Source of the DNA: an uncultured Clostridia bacterium | GTDB lineage: Bacteria > Bacillota > Clostridia > Oscillospirales > CAG-272 | Direction: 5' to 3' | Length of the DNA stretch: 44,940 nt | NCBI GenBank assembly: GCA_937893945.1 | Contig: CALCTA010000107.1 | Coordinates: 1-44,940, forward strand | Shown here: piece by piece, positions 26,039-34,440 of the stretch | How the letters are laid out: each line of letters begins with the position of its first letter | Numbering within the stretch: the first letter of the stretch is position 1 | Translations under genes and position numbers: made by a program | Notes under the pieces: generated by a model | Told to the model about the DNA's origin: nothing | Database searches by the model: none | The model's input: the letters and a program-made list of their open reading frames with translations, nothing else

Positions 26039-27436
26039 TCAGTTGTTTTCTTCTTCCTTAGGTTGTTCATCAGATGCGGGCACATCATTTTCACTCTGAG
26101 GCTCGCTTGTCTTATCATTTGTGCTTGAGGGGCTCTTGTAAGCCTTTTGAAGATCACCGTCGTCAGTATAAACGTCGTCCTCAAAATCGTCCTCATATCC
26201 ATCATCAAACTCATATTGAGACATTTCTTCAATGAGTGATTTGGGCTCGCTTGAGTCATGAGACATTGTTTTGTGGCAGATATTTCTTTCTTCAAGACGC
26301 TTTTTTATCCACTTGTTAAACAGTGTGTAAATAACGCTGCAGACGGGAACGCTGACGATAATTCCAACAACTCCGAAAAGTCCGCCACCGATAGTAACCG
26401 CGGCAAGCACCCATATACCCGGAAGTCCTACGTGTTTACCCATGATCCTCGGATAGATCACGTTCGACTCGATCTGCTGGAGAATGATTATAAATACAAC
26501 GAACCAAAGCGCCTTAATAGGACTTTCGATAAATATAAAGAAAGCGCCGATGGCTGTTCCGATAAACGGACCGAAAACCGGGACAAATGCGGTAAAAGCA
26601 ATAATACAGGAAACCATAACCGCGTAGGGCATTCTGAAAATAAGCATTCCGATAAAGCAGAGAGTTCCTATCAGAAGCGCCTCGGTGCACTGTCCGGCTA
26701 TAAAACCCGAAAATGCCTTGTTTGAAAGAACTACTACCGAAATAAGCTTTCTGGCTCTTTCGCGTCTCATAATAGAGTAAATAATGCTCTTGGCAAGCTT
26801 GCCGAGCGACTCTTTAGAGGCAAGAACGTAAATTGAGAATACGAAGCCGAGAATAAGGTTAAGTACGGTGTTAAAAAGCGTGGTAACAATACCGAGCGCA
26901 CCCTGCGCTATAGAGTTTGAGTGGCTATCCAAAAGACTTAACGCCCAAGAGCTTATTGAATTCCAGTCTATCGTCAGGTCGGGGAAGATTGATTTAAGAT
27001 GGAGCTTTTCAAGCACCGAGTCGATCGTCGCGCTGACGTTCTCCATTGCAGAGGGAAGCGCGGTAAAGAACTTCTCACCTGTTCTTACAAGCTCAGGAAT
27101 AACGAATGAGAGTAAAACGGTAATTATGGAAAGCAGAAAGAGAACGCTGAGGGTAAGACAAAGCGGTCTTTTCAGCTTCGACCACACCTTTCCGTTTCGG
27201 CGTGTAAGCTTTCCAAAGATCTTTTCCTCGAGATAGCGCAACGGCAGGTTTACGACGAAAGCTATGCAAAGACCGAGGATAAGAGGTGAAAATACACTCA
27301 GGATCTTGGATGCTGCATTGCTGACCGAGTTGATATTAGAAATAATAACGAAAAACAGAATTGAAGCAAGAATTACAGCGAGGGATTTAAAATATTTCTG
27401 ATTTTCAGCTGTAAAAAATTTTTTGTTGTTTTTCAT
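26039..27436 (-). CDS. AI-2E family transporter (UPF0118/PerM-like) with a long acidic C-terminal tail
   Basis: About 8 TM segments plus characteristic family blocks (AFTAFVPVFGPFIGTAIGA, LQQIESNVIYPRIMG). The final 80 aa or so are D/E-rich. Confidence 0.85.
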   Translation of the reverse strand: MKNNKKFFTAENQKYFKSLAVILASILFFVIISNINSVSNAASKILSVFSPLILGLCIAFVVNLPLRYLEEKIFGKLTRRNGKVWSKLKRPLCLTLSVLFLLSIITVLLSFVIPELVRTGEKFFTALPSAMENVSATIDSVLEKLHLKSIFPDLTIDWNSISSWALSLLDSHSNSIAQGALGIVTTLFNTVLNLILGFVFSIYVLASKESLGKLAKSIIYSIMRRERARKLISVVVLSNKAFSGFIAGQCTEALLIGTLCFIGMLIFRMPYAVMVSCIIAFTAFVPVFGPFIGTAIGAFFIFIESPIKALWFVVFIIILQQIESNVIYPRIMGKHVGLPGIWVLAAVTIGGGLFGVVGIIVSVPVCSVIYTLFNKWIKKRLEERNICHKTMSHDSSEPKSLIEEMSQYEFDDGYEDDFEDDVYTDDGDLQKAYKSPSSTNDKTSEPQSENDVPASDEQPKEEENN

Positions 27437-27470
27437 AAATAACCTCTTCGGTTTTAGATTTTAATAAAGA

Positions 27471-28790
27471 TCATTCCTCGTCCGTATCTTTATCTTTTTC
27501 CTTCTTATCGCTCTCATCTTCTTCATGACGGAGAGTAATAACAGCACGGTCAACCTTGTGATCCTTGATGTCCTCGATATGTATATCGAGAGTATCGGTA
27601 GAAAGCTCAAAGCTTGCGCCATCCTCGGGAACTGAACCGTAAAGACCGAGAAGGAAGCCGCTTAAGGTGTCGGAATCACTGTTCTCAAATTTTATACCGA
27701 TAGCTTCCTCAACCTCGGAGATAGACGCACTTCCCGCGATTCTCCAGGATTCCTCGGAAAGAATTTCTACACTCTCTATAGGCTCCTCGTCATCATCGGG
27801 CTGAGTGAATTCTCCGACGAGACATTCAACAAGGTCGGTAGTGGTAACTATACCGTAAAGTCCACCGTATTCATCAAGAACTATTGCGAGAGATTCCTTG
27901 TGCTCGCGCATATTCTTAAAGAGAACGTCAGCCTTAACTGCTTCGGGAACGAAGTAAGCGGGGGATACAACGGTTGCCATAACGTTTTCGCGGCTCTTAT
28001 CCTCAAGTCTTAAGTATCCGCGAGCGTCGAGTATGCCGATGATGTCGTCCACACTTTCACCGTAGATGGGGTAGCGTGAATATCTGCTGTTTACTATAGC
28101 CTTGTCCCATTCCTCCATATCGTCGGATATATCAAGAAGGGTAAGCTCAGTGCGGTGGGTAGCGATCTCGCCTGCGGAAAGGTCGTCAAAGTCGAAGATG
28201 TTTTCTATAAGCTCTTTGTTGTATTCGTCAATGCTTCCGTCCTCGTGAGCCTCGTCAACGAGCGTGAGCACCTCGCCCTCGGTAACCGTGTCGTATTCCT
28301 TTGCCTTGAATATCTTAGAGAGGAGCTTCTTCCAGAGCATAAAGATAACATTGATAGGCATAAGAACTATCACGAGACAGCGAAGAATACCCGCAATCGC
28401 CATTGCAAATCCCTCAGCATGCTCCTTTGCAACGCTCTTGGGGGAAATTTCTCCGAAGATAAGGACTACTACCGTTATTACAGCGGTAGAAATACCCGCA
28501 GCGGCAGAAGCAAGAGAGGTCGTAGCAAGACACTCTACGAAGAAAATGGTAGCAAGCGAGGAAAGAGAAATATTTACTATATTGTTTCCTACAAGGATGG
28601 TGGAAAGAAGCTTATCGTAGTTATCCGAAAGCTTCATGGCAGAAGCGGCACGCTTGTTGCCCTCGGCAGCAAGATTTTTCATCTTGGTGCGATTAAATGA
28701 GGTGTAAGCGGTCTCACTTGCGGAAAAGAAGGCAGAAAGAGCCACAAGAACGATCATTACAATGATGTAGTAGGTACTCCCGTCAGGCAT
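27471..28790 (-). CDS. CNNM/CorC-type hemolysin-family protein (DUF21 + CBS pair + CorC_HlyC)
   Basis: DUF21 N-terminus (LSAFFSASETAYTSF), a CBS pair region, and a CorC_HlyC-like C-terminus. The ATG at 28788-28790 has AAGGAG 7 nt upstream. The TTG at 28859 in the ORF track has no SD. Confidence 0.88.
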   Translation of the reverse strand: MPDGSTYYIIVMIVLVALSAFFSASETAYTSFNRTKMKNLAAEGNKRAASAMKLSDNYDKLLSTILVGNNIVNISLSSLATIFFVECLATTSLASAAAGISTAVITVVVLIFGEISPKSVAKEHAEGFAMAIAGILRCLVIVLMPINVIFMLWKKLLSKIFKAKEYDTVTEGEVLTLVDEAHEDGSIDEYNKELIENIFDFDDLSAGEIATHRTELTLLDISDDMEEWDKAIVNSRYSRYPIYGESVDDIIGILDARGYLRLEDKSRENVMATVVSPAYFVPEAVKADVLFKNMREHKESLAIVLDEYGGLYGIVTTTDLVECLVGEFTQPDDDEEPIESVEILSEESWRIAGSASISEVEEAIGIKFENSDSDTLSGFLLGLYGSVPEDGASFELSTDTLDIHIEDIKDHKVDRAVITLRHEEDESDKKEKDKDTDEE

Positions 28791-29022
28791 AATTAACTCC
28801 TTAATAAAAAATTGGTGAAACAGCAGGGAAGCAAAGCACAGGAAAAGCCAAAATCTCAAAAACGCAAAAAAGCATAGCCTGAGCTCTTTTTTTAGTAAAA
28901 AGCGCAGGTTATGCGTTAAAACAAGCTATTAAATAAGTACTTCGACAGTTACCGTCACTATCGCAGTTATCCACGGCTGTTTTCTCCCTAAATAAATTTC
29001 AGTATAAATATATACTGATAAC
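28791..29022 (-). promoter_or_regulatory. Unassigned leader of about 230 nt upstream of the CNNM/CorC-type gene
   Basis: This is the distance from the predicted -10 box (29030-29035) to the ATG. It contains hairpins CAGTATA/TATACTG and ACAGCCGT..ACGG-TAA-CTGT, plus T-runs. I see no match to any riboswitch consensus I can recall. Confidence 0.3.
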
Positions 29023-29029
29023 GATAATA

Positions 29030-29057
29030 ATTATATCATAAAATAAGTATTTGTCAA
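29030..29057 (-). promoter_or_regulatory. Sigma-A promoter of the CNNM/AI-2E operon
   Basis: On the minus strand: TTGACA (29052-29057), a 16-nt spacer ending in TGA, then TATAAT (29030-29035). Confidence 0.55.
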
Positions 29058-29140
29058 GGGTTAAAGGCAAAAATAATAAAAAAATATTAAAAAATCAATC
29101 TATTTTATGGTAAAAATGCTCTTTTCTCAAAAAAAGACTA

Positions 29141-29173
29141 ATAAAAAGAGCGTTCGGTATATGCCGAACGCCC
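29141..29173 (-). terminator. Intrinsic terminator ending the htpG operon
   Basis: On the minus strand: GGGCGTTCGG, loop CATATA, CCGAACGCTC (10 bp including one G-U), then TTTTTATTAGTCTTTTTTT. Confidence 0.7.
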
Positions 29174-29193
29174 ATTTATCAGCTTAATTCTTA

Positions 29194-29490
29194 TCAAAGC
29201 TTGGCGGTGCTTACAGTCTCAAAGACCTCGCCGTTGTTTTTCTTGTTTTTGTAAAGCTCAAGCGCCTTTGCTACCTGATCGGGACAGGAGGTGTTCTTAA
29301 ACCCGCATTTGATACCGTCAAGACGTGAGATAGCCTCGTCAACCGTCATATCGCGAAGCAAGGAAGCAACGCCTTGAGTGTTTCCCGAGCAACCGCCTGT
29401 GAATTTAACGAGGGCTATTCTGTCGCCGTCGAGGATAAGCTCGATCTTTCTTGAGCAAACGCCTGAGGGTGTGTAAACGAATTTTTCCAT
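29194..29490 (-). CDS. TSCPD domain protein (TIGR03905-like small Cys-rich protein)
   Basis: 98 aa with GVCSRKI, FTGGCSGNTQG and KCGFKNTSCPDQ (conserved cysteines). Confidence 0.78.
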   Translation of the reverse strand: MEKFVYTPSGVCSRKIELILDGDRIALVKFTGGCSGNTQGVASLLRDMTVDEAISRLDGIKCGFKNTSCPDQVAKALELYKNKKNNGEVFETVSTAKL

Positions 29491-29512
29491 AACTGATATA
29501 TCTCCTCTGATT

Positions 29513-30391
29513 TCAATTTTGAATGTAGGGGTAAAGCCCTATGGGTGAATAGCTGTCATAGTAGAGCGTAAGGAAGGTGCGCAGAAGTAGGCTGTCGCTA
29601 CCGCTTACACGAAAGCTGAGAATGAATTTTTGGGATTGTGTATCGTAGGGTACGGGGCGTGCGTCTATCGAGAGAAGCTGAGCCTTGCACGCCCTTGCCG
29701 CAGAGAGCAGACCGTCAAGAAAGTCGCCGTTCGAGTCAAGCACAAAAAACTCAAGAACGAAGGGGGTGCTTTTAGCAACACGCTCTATAGGCTCGCGACA
29801 GCTTCTGCCGATTAGCGCATATCTGATATGAGAATCACCGTCTCCTTCAATATCGCAAACTGCGCATATCTTAAGCTCAAATCTGTCAAGAAGCGAGTAA
29901 AATCCAAAGAGCTTGCCGTCAAGCGAATTTTCTATAGGTAAGATACAAAACTCGCACGAGCCCTCGGCGACCGCCTCGCAAGCGCCGTTTATAGATGACG
30001 TATATACCGCTCGCGGCGTGCTTACTGCCAAGGAAAGATGCTCAAAGGCGGCATCGTTAAATTTGTTCTTTGGATAGGCTATTTTACCGTGAGTACCTGC
30101 TGATGCATCTTCGCCATCACCTATTGCCGTTATTCTCTTAAGCTCATCCGCGCTTCTTTTTCGCAGCAGGAGCTCGCGGCAGAGAATTATACTGTCGGCA
30201 GGAGAGCATTCTTCAGTAAACTCGGCGTATTTTCTGAGTATTTCCGAGAGTGTTTCGCCCTCATTATCCTCACATAGAGTTCTTGCTATCTCGGATAAGG
30301 TCAGAGCGCGTTGCTCGTTTGCAATATTGCTTCGCGCCCGGAACTCTTTTAGATTGCTTGTTAATATATCAAGCTTTTCGTTTTTTGTCAT
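29513..30391 (-). CDS. Truncated prephenate-dehydratase-like + ACT domain protein, probably non-catalytic
   Basis: PDT-like IAYPKN...ACEAVAEGSCEFCILPIENSLDG. The position of the TRF motif reads IRY (29819-29827), followed by an ACT-like LEFFVLDSNGDFLDGLLSA...LLSIDARP. The second PDT lobe appears to be missing. Confidence 0.6.
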   Translation of the reverse strand: MTKNEKLDILTSNLKEFRARSNIANEQRALTLSEIARTLCEDNEGETLSEILRKYAEFTEECSPADSIILCRELLLRKRSADELKRITAIGDGEDASAGTHGKIAYPKNKFNDAAFEHLSLAVSTPRAVYTSSINGACEAVAEGSCEFCILPIENSLDGKLFGFYSLLDRFELKICAVCDIEGDGDSHIRYALIGRSCREPIERVAKSTPFVLEFFVLDSNGDFLDGLLSAARACKAQLLSIDARPVPYDTQSQKFILSFRVSGSDSLLLRTFLTLYYDSYSPIGLYPYIQN

Positions 30392-30398
30392 ACCAAAT

Positions 30399-32234
30399 TT
30401 AAAGCTTCATCATAAGGTCAAAGCCCTCGCGCATAAACTCCTGCATTTCCTCAGCAGAGAACTTCTTCTGAGAGAGCATAGAGAGCTTATAGACGTAGGA
30501 GGCAATCTGCTTTGCCTTTTCGGGATCGGATGAGGATAATTCTTCAAGCCTTGCGGTCAGGGGCGAAGCTGTATTTACAGTAAATGTCGCATCCTTGAGG
30601 CCCGAGTCTATTGTCATTCCGTAAAGTCTCATCATATCCTCGCGGCGTCTTGCTTCCTCGCTGACTGTAAGGATCGCGGGTACCTGTTCGTCCTTGAGAG
30701 AAGAAAATTCTATCCTGACTCCCTCGCCGAGAACGTCGGTAAATATGCTCTTGAGAGCCTCACTTTCAGTAACCTCAGCGTCTGATACGAGCGAGTCTGC
30801 AATGTTGGCATCAACTCTTGTAAAGGATACGCCATCCATGTATTGCTCGAGCATAGACGCGAACTGAGTTTCGATAGAACGTTCAAACAGAGCGACCTTT
30901 ACGCTCTGATTATTAAGCATTGCGATATACTGAGCTTGAAGATCCTTGTCGGTGGCGTAGTATATCTTGTTTTCGTGTGTCTCTTTAGCATCGGCAAGAT
31001 ATTCCTCATAAGTCATAAAGCTGCCGTCTGTGAGCTTTAAGAGGAGCGCGCCCTTGACTCTGTCATAGAACTTTCTGTCCCTCATACAAGCGTATTCAAT
31101 AAAGGGAGCGATGTCATTCCAAATGGTTTCGTAATTTTCACGCTCGTTGTTGCAGAGAGCGCAGAGCTTGTCCGCAAGCTTCTTTACGATATGGGCGGAA
31201 AGCTTTGAAACGTAGGTGTTGGTCTGAAGATAGCTTCTTGAGACGTTAAGCGGAAGCTCAGGGCAGTCGAGAACGCCTTTGAGCATAAGAAGATACTCGG
31301 GAATTACTTCCTTGATATTATCGGCAACGAACACTTGATTGTAGTAAAGCTTTACCTGTCCTTCTACAGTCTCATATTCGTTTGAGAGCTTGGGGAAGTA
31401 GAGGATACCCTTGAAGTTCAGGGGATAATCGGCGTTGATGTGAATATGAAACAGAGGACTTCTGTAATCCATAAATACTTTACTGTAGAAGTCATTATAG
31501 TCATCGTCTGTGCATTCGGAGGCATTCTTCTGCCAGAGTGGGAATGTTTCGTTGATAGGCTTGCTGTCTGCGTCGGACTCATCGCCCGCATCCTCAAAGT
31601 ATATTTCAACAGGCATAAAGGAGCAGTATTTTTCAAGTATAGCGCGTATCTTGGATTTGGAGAGATACTCGCTCTCGCTTTCAGAAATGTGCATTATAAC
31701 GCTCGTGCCGCGCTCGGTGCGTTCACCCGAGGAAAGCTCGTACTCACCGCTCTCTGAGCATACCCAATGAACAGCGGGGGCATCGGTGTATGACTTAGTC
31801 TCTATCTCAACGCTGTCGCTGACCATAAACGACGAGTAAAATCCAAGACCGAAATGTCCGATAATTCCGTTTTTAGCACTCTCAGAGCCCTCGTTTTCAT
31901 ATTTCTGTATAAAATCAACAGCACCCGAGAGAGCGATGCTGCATATATACTTGTCAAGCTCCTCCTCAGTCATACCGATACCGTTGTCGCTGACAGTAAG
32001 TGTGCCTGCATCGGCATCAAGTGATACGGTAATGCGATAGCTCTCGTCAGTAGCCTCACGTATTCCGAGCGACTCAAGTCTCTTGAGCTTGGTTACAGCA
32101 TCCGACGCGTTTGAAACTATCTCGCGAAGAAAAATGTCCTTTTCGGAGTAGAGCCACTTTTTTATGATAGGGAAGATATGCTCTGTATCAACAGAGATCC
32201 CGCCTTTTCTTACGTTTTTGTTTTCTTCAGTCAT
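30399..32234 (-). CDS. htpG: Molecular chaperone HtpG (Hsp90)
   Basis: GHKL ATPase N-terminus (IFLREIVSNASDA, DNGIGMT, GHFGLGFYSSFMV), 611 aa. Confidence 0.96.
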   Translation of the reverse strand: MTEENKNVRKGGISVDTEHIFPIIKKWLYSEKDIFLREIVSNASDAVTKLKRLESLGIREATDESYRITVSLDADAGTLTVSDNGIGMTEEELDKYICSIALSGAVDFIQKYENEGSESAKNGIIGHFGLGFYSSFMVSDSVEIETKSYTDAPAVHWVCSESGEYELSSGERTERGTSVIMHISESESEYLSKSKIRAILEKYCSFMPVEIYFEDAGDESDADSKPINETFPLWQKNASECTDDDYNDFYSKVFMDYRSPLFHIHINADYPLNFKGILYFPKLSNEYETVEGQVKLYYNQVFVADNIKEVIPEYLLMLKGVLDCPELPLNVSRSYLQTNTYVSKLSAHIVKKLADKLCALCNNERENYETIWNDIAPFIEYACMRDRKFYDRVKGALLLKLTDGSFMTYEEYLADAKETHENKIYYATDKDLQAQYIAMLNNQSVKVALFERSIETQFASMLEQYMDGVSFTRVDANIADSLVSDAEVTESEALKSIFTDVLGEGVRIEFSSLKDEQVPAILTVSEEARRREDMMRLYGMTIDSGLKDATFTVNTASPLTARLEELSSSDPEKAKQIASYVYKLSMLSQKKFSAEEMQEFMREGFDLMMKL

Positions 32235-32290
32235 CTTATATCCTTTCCGAGACGACAGTCTCTTTTCATATATTAAAATCTATCTCCTAT

Positions 32291-32319
32291 ATTTTATCTG
32301 CAAATTGCTTGGAAGTCAA
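32291..32319 (-). promoter_or_regulatory. Putative sigma-A promoter of htpG
   Basis: On the minus strand: TTGACT (32314-32319), a 17-nt spacer, then TAAAAT (32291-32296). Confidence 0.45.
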
Positions 32320-32378
32320 GACAAATACGAGAAAAAGAGAAAAGTTTACATTCGCACAATAAATATCACGCGTATCTA

Positions 32379-32407
32379 TTGAAAAAAGTTCATTTTTTTG
32401 TTATAAT
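32379..32407 (+). promoter_or_regulatory. Sigma-A promoter of ispE
   Basis: TTGAAA (32379-32384), a 17-nt spacer, then TATAAT (32402-32407). Confidence 0.55.
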
Positions 32408-32468
32408 TTCAAGGTAGGATAATAAGGCGGAACTCTTCCGCCATATGATAGAGAGGACAGAGCCGACT

Positions 32469-33350
32469 ATGGAGAAAACAGTAAAAGCATACGCGAAAAT
32501 AAATCTTCATCTGGACGTTACGGGAATAAGAGAGGACGGATATCACTCTGTAGAGACGGTAATGCAATCACTCTCTCTTTGCGATGACGTTAGAGTTTGT
32601 CTTACCAATGACGGTTCAGTCTTTGCAAGCTGTAACATAGACGGACTGCCTACAGACGAGAGAAATATAGCAGTCAGAGCCGCACGACTTTATCTTGATA
32701 CGATCAAAAGTGATAAGGGCGCGTTTATCCGAATTGAAAAGCGGATACCTATGGCGGCAGGACTTGCGGGCGGCAGCGCAGATGCCGCGGCAACTCTCGT
32801 TGCGCTGAACAGTCTTTTTGAAAATGCGCTTACTGAGGGTGAGCTTCTCTCTCTTGGATCGTCTCTTGGCGCTGACGTGCCTTTCTGTATAGCTTGCGGA
32901 ACGCACTATTCCGACGGCAGAGGCGACCTGCTTCACGATTTTCCGAGCCTTAACGAAAGTACGGTCTTTGTAGTGGCATATGGCGGCGAAGGAGTTTCTA
33001 CTCCTTGGGGATATCAACTGCTTGATAAGACCTTTGATAACTTCAACGGATACTCTCCCGTAGGCTGTGAAGCCTTGAGAGAAGCTATTGCGAACGGAAC
33101 GGCTTTTGATTTTTCAGCACATCTTTTTAACATTTTTGAAGCTCCCGTCATAGCCGAGAGACCTGTCGCAAGGAGGCTCCTGGAGGCTCTAAAAGCGAGT
33201 GGCGCGCTTGCCGCAAGAATGAGCGGAAGCGGTCCTTCGGTTTTTGGAGTGTTTGATAGCATTGACTCTGCCCAGAGGGCTCTTGCGGCTATCTCACCCT
33301 TAGAATGCTTTGCGTGTATCTGCTATCCCGTGGGGAAAAGAAATAGTTAA
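32469..33350 (+). CDS. ispE: 4-(cytidine 5'-diphospho)-2-C-methyl-D-erythritol kinase
   Basis: KAYAKINLHLDVTGIREDGYH and the GHMP motif IPMAAGLAGGSADAAATL. I prefer the ATG at 32469 (GAGAGGA upstream) over 32445, which has no SD. Confidence 0.9.
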   Translation: MEKTVKAYAKINLHLDVTGIREDGYHSVETVMQSLSLCDDVRVCLTNDGSVFASCNIDGLPTDERNIAVRAARLYLDTIKSDKGAFIRIEKRIPMAAGLAGGSADAAATLVALNSLFENALTEGELLSLGSSLGADVPFCIACGTHYSDGRGDLLHDFPSLNESTVFVVAYGGEGVSTPWGYQLLDKTFDNFNGYSPVGCEALREAIANGTAFDFSAHLFNIFEAPVIAERPVARRLLEALKASGALAARMSGSGPSVFGVFDSIDSAQRALAAISPLECFACICYPVGKRNS

Positions 33351-33360
33351 AAAACTGCGT

Positions 33361-33397
33361 TATACAGCACATTTTCGGTTGACAAATGTGCTGTATA
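33361..33397 (+). other. 14-bp perfect inverted repeat overlapping the -35 box of the next operon
   Basis: TATACAGCACATTT (33361-33374), 9 nt, then AAATGTGCTGTATA (33384-33397). No U-tract follows. Confidence 0.6.
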
Positions 33398-33407
33398 GTT
33401 GTATAAT
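33379..33407 (+). promoter_or_regulatory. Sigma-A promoter of the six-gene acylation operon
   Basis: TTGACA (33379-33384), a 17-nt spacer, then TATAAT (33402-33407). Confidence 0.6.
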
Positions 33408-33445
33408 ATATTATATATAACCTTTATATAGTACGGAGGATTCCG

Positions 33446-34438
33446 ATGTCATATAGATCAGATAAAGAAAAAATGCAAAAGGAAGCGCAGGCGCACAGAA
33501 GATCGGTTCTTTTTATAATAAAAGTAACCTTTGTAGCATTCGCTGCCTTTCTTCTTATTTTTTGCGTTACGCTCGTTCTCTCAAGCGTTTTTGAGTGGGA
33601 CAGCAATTCAAATGGAGACGAAATAGCTCCGAGCATAACCCAGAATATGAACGTAGAGGGCTTTGAAGCCTACAACGGCGGCGTAGTAGGATACGTAGGC
33701 GTAACCCCAACCTTTAAGAAGTTTATATCTGTCAGCGATGATACCGACGAGACTCCTATAGTTTCTGTAGATCACAACGTTGATATAAATACCGTAGGAA
33801 CTTATACCGTAAGATATACCGTTGAGGATGCCTCGGGCAACGTTGCGCATAAAACGCTGATCTACGAGGTAAAGAAGGACGAGTACTCGCTCTCGAAGCT
33901 TATGTCTCTTATCGGAGAGAAAGCTGCCGAGCTTAAGATAACAAAGGAAATGTCAAAGGTACAGCAGGTTCGCGCTATTTACGATTACGTTCATACGAAC
34001 GTTAAGTTTACAGACGAGTCGAATATCCCGAATATCGATCGCAGTAAGTGGCAGAGCGATTGGCTCGAGGAGGCTGTACGCGGACTTGAGACGATGGAGG
34101 GCGACTGTTACACCTATTATTCGCTTTCTAAGGCCTTCTTTGAGTATTTCGGTATTGAAAGCTACGGAATCAAGCGCGCTGAGAACTACGAGGGCGCGGA
34201 GGATGACGGAACTCACTTCTGGAGTGCTGTAAACGTAGGAGCCGGAAGCGACAGATGGTATTATTACGACGCTACAAGACTTAACGGATATTTTAACGGA
34301 GATAGATCCGATAAGAACGCCTGCCTTATCACCGAGGCAAAGCTGAAGAGCCATAAGACCTCAAGCGGAGAGACTTATTTCTACAAGATGACTAAATCCT
34401 ACGATTTCCCGACTATTTCCACCGAGGAGCTTGACTGA
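33446..34438 (+). CDS. Membrane-anchored protein with an Ig-like (DUF5011-type) domain and a transglutaminase-like Cys-His-Asp core
   Basis: N-terminal TM segment (VLFIIKVTFVAFAAFLLIFCVTLVL). Ig-like block VDHNVDINTVGTYTVRYTVEDASGNVAHKTLIYEV. TGase core GDCYTY ... GTHFWSAV ... WYYYDAT. Confidence 0.78.
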   Translation: MSYRSDKEKMQKEAQAHRRSVLFIIKVTFVAFAAFLLIFCVTLVLSSVFEWDSNSNGDEIAPSITQNMNVEGFEAYNGGVVGYVGVTPTFKKFISVSDDTDETPIVSVDHNVDINTVGTYTVRYTVEDASGNVAHKTLIYEVKKDEYSLSKLMSLIGEKAAELKITKEMSKVQQVRAIYDYVHTNVKFTDESNIPNIDRSKWQSDWLEEAVRGLETMEGDCYTYYSLSKAFFEYFGIESYGIKRAENYEGAEDDGTHFWSAVNVGAGSDRWYYYDATRLNGYFNGDRSDKNACLITEAKLKSHKTSSGETYFYKMTKSYDFPTISTEELD

Positions 34439-34440
34439 TA

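Noticed and set aside
26039-26290. Highly acidic C-terminal tails of the AI-2E transporter and of the CNNM protein (27471-27530), considered as separate small ORFs or repeats
   Set aside because: They are in frame and continuous with the transporter genes. They are simple D/E-rich disordered tails, and the overlapping 101-aa ORF at 25990-26295 has no support.
28791-29022. M-box (Mg), yybP-ykoY (Mn) or ydaO (c-di-AMP) riboswitch upstream of the CNNM gene
   Set aside because: I could not find the conserved cores I remember for these classes (for example GUUAGGUGAGGCU or GCUAAAGCUCUAC for the M-box, GGGGAGUAG for yybP-ykoY). I kept it only as an unassigned leader.
32300-32330. CtsR operator upstream of htpG
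   Set aside because: Only a single AGTCAAG heptad is present and it overlaps the -35 box. The tandem (A/G)GTCAAA-NAN-(A/G)GTCAAA repeat is absent.
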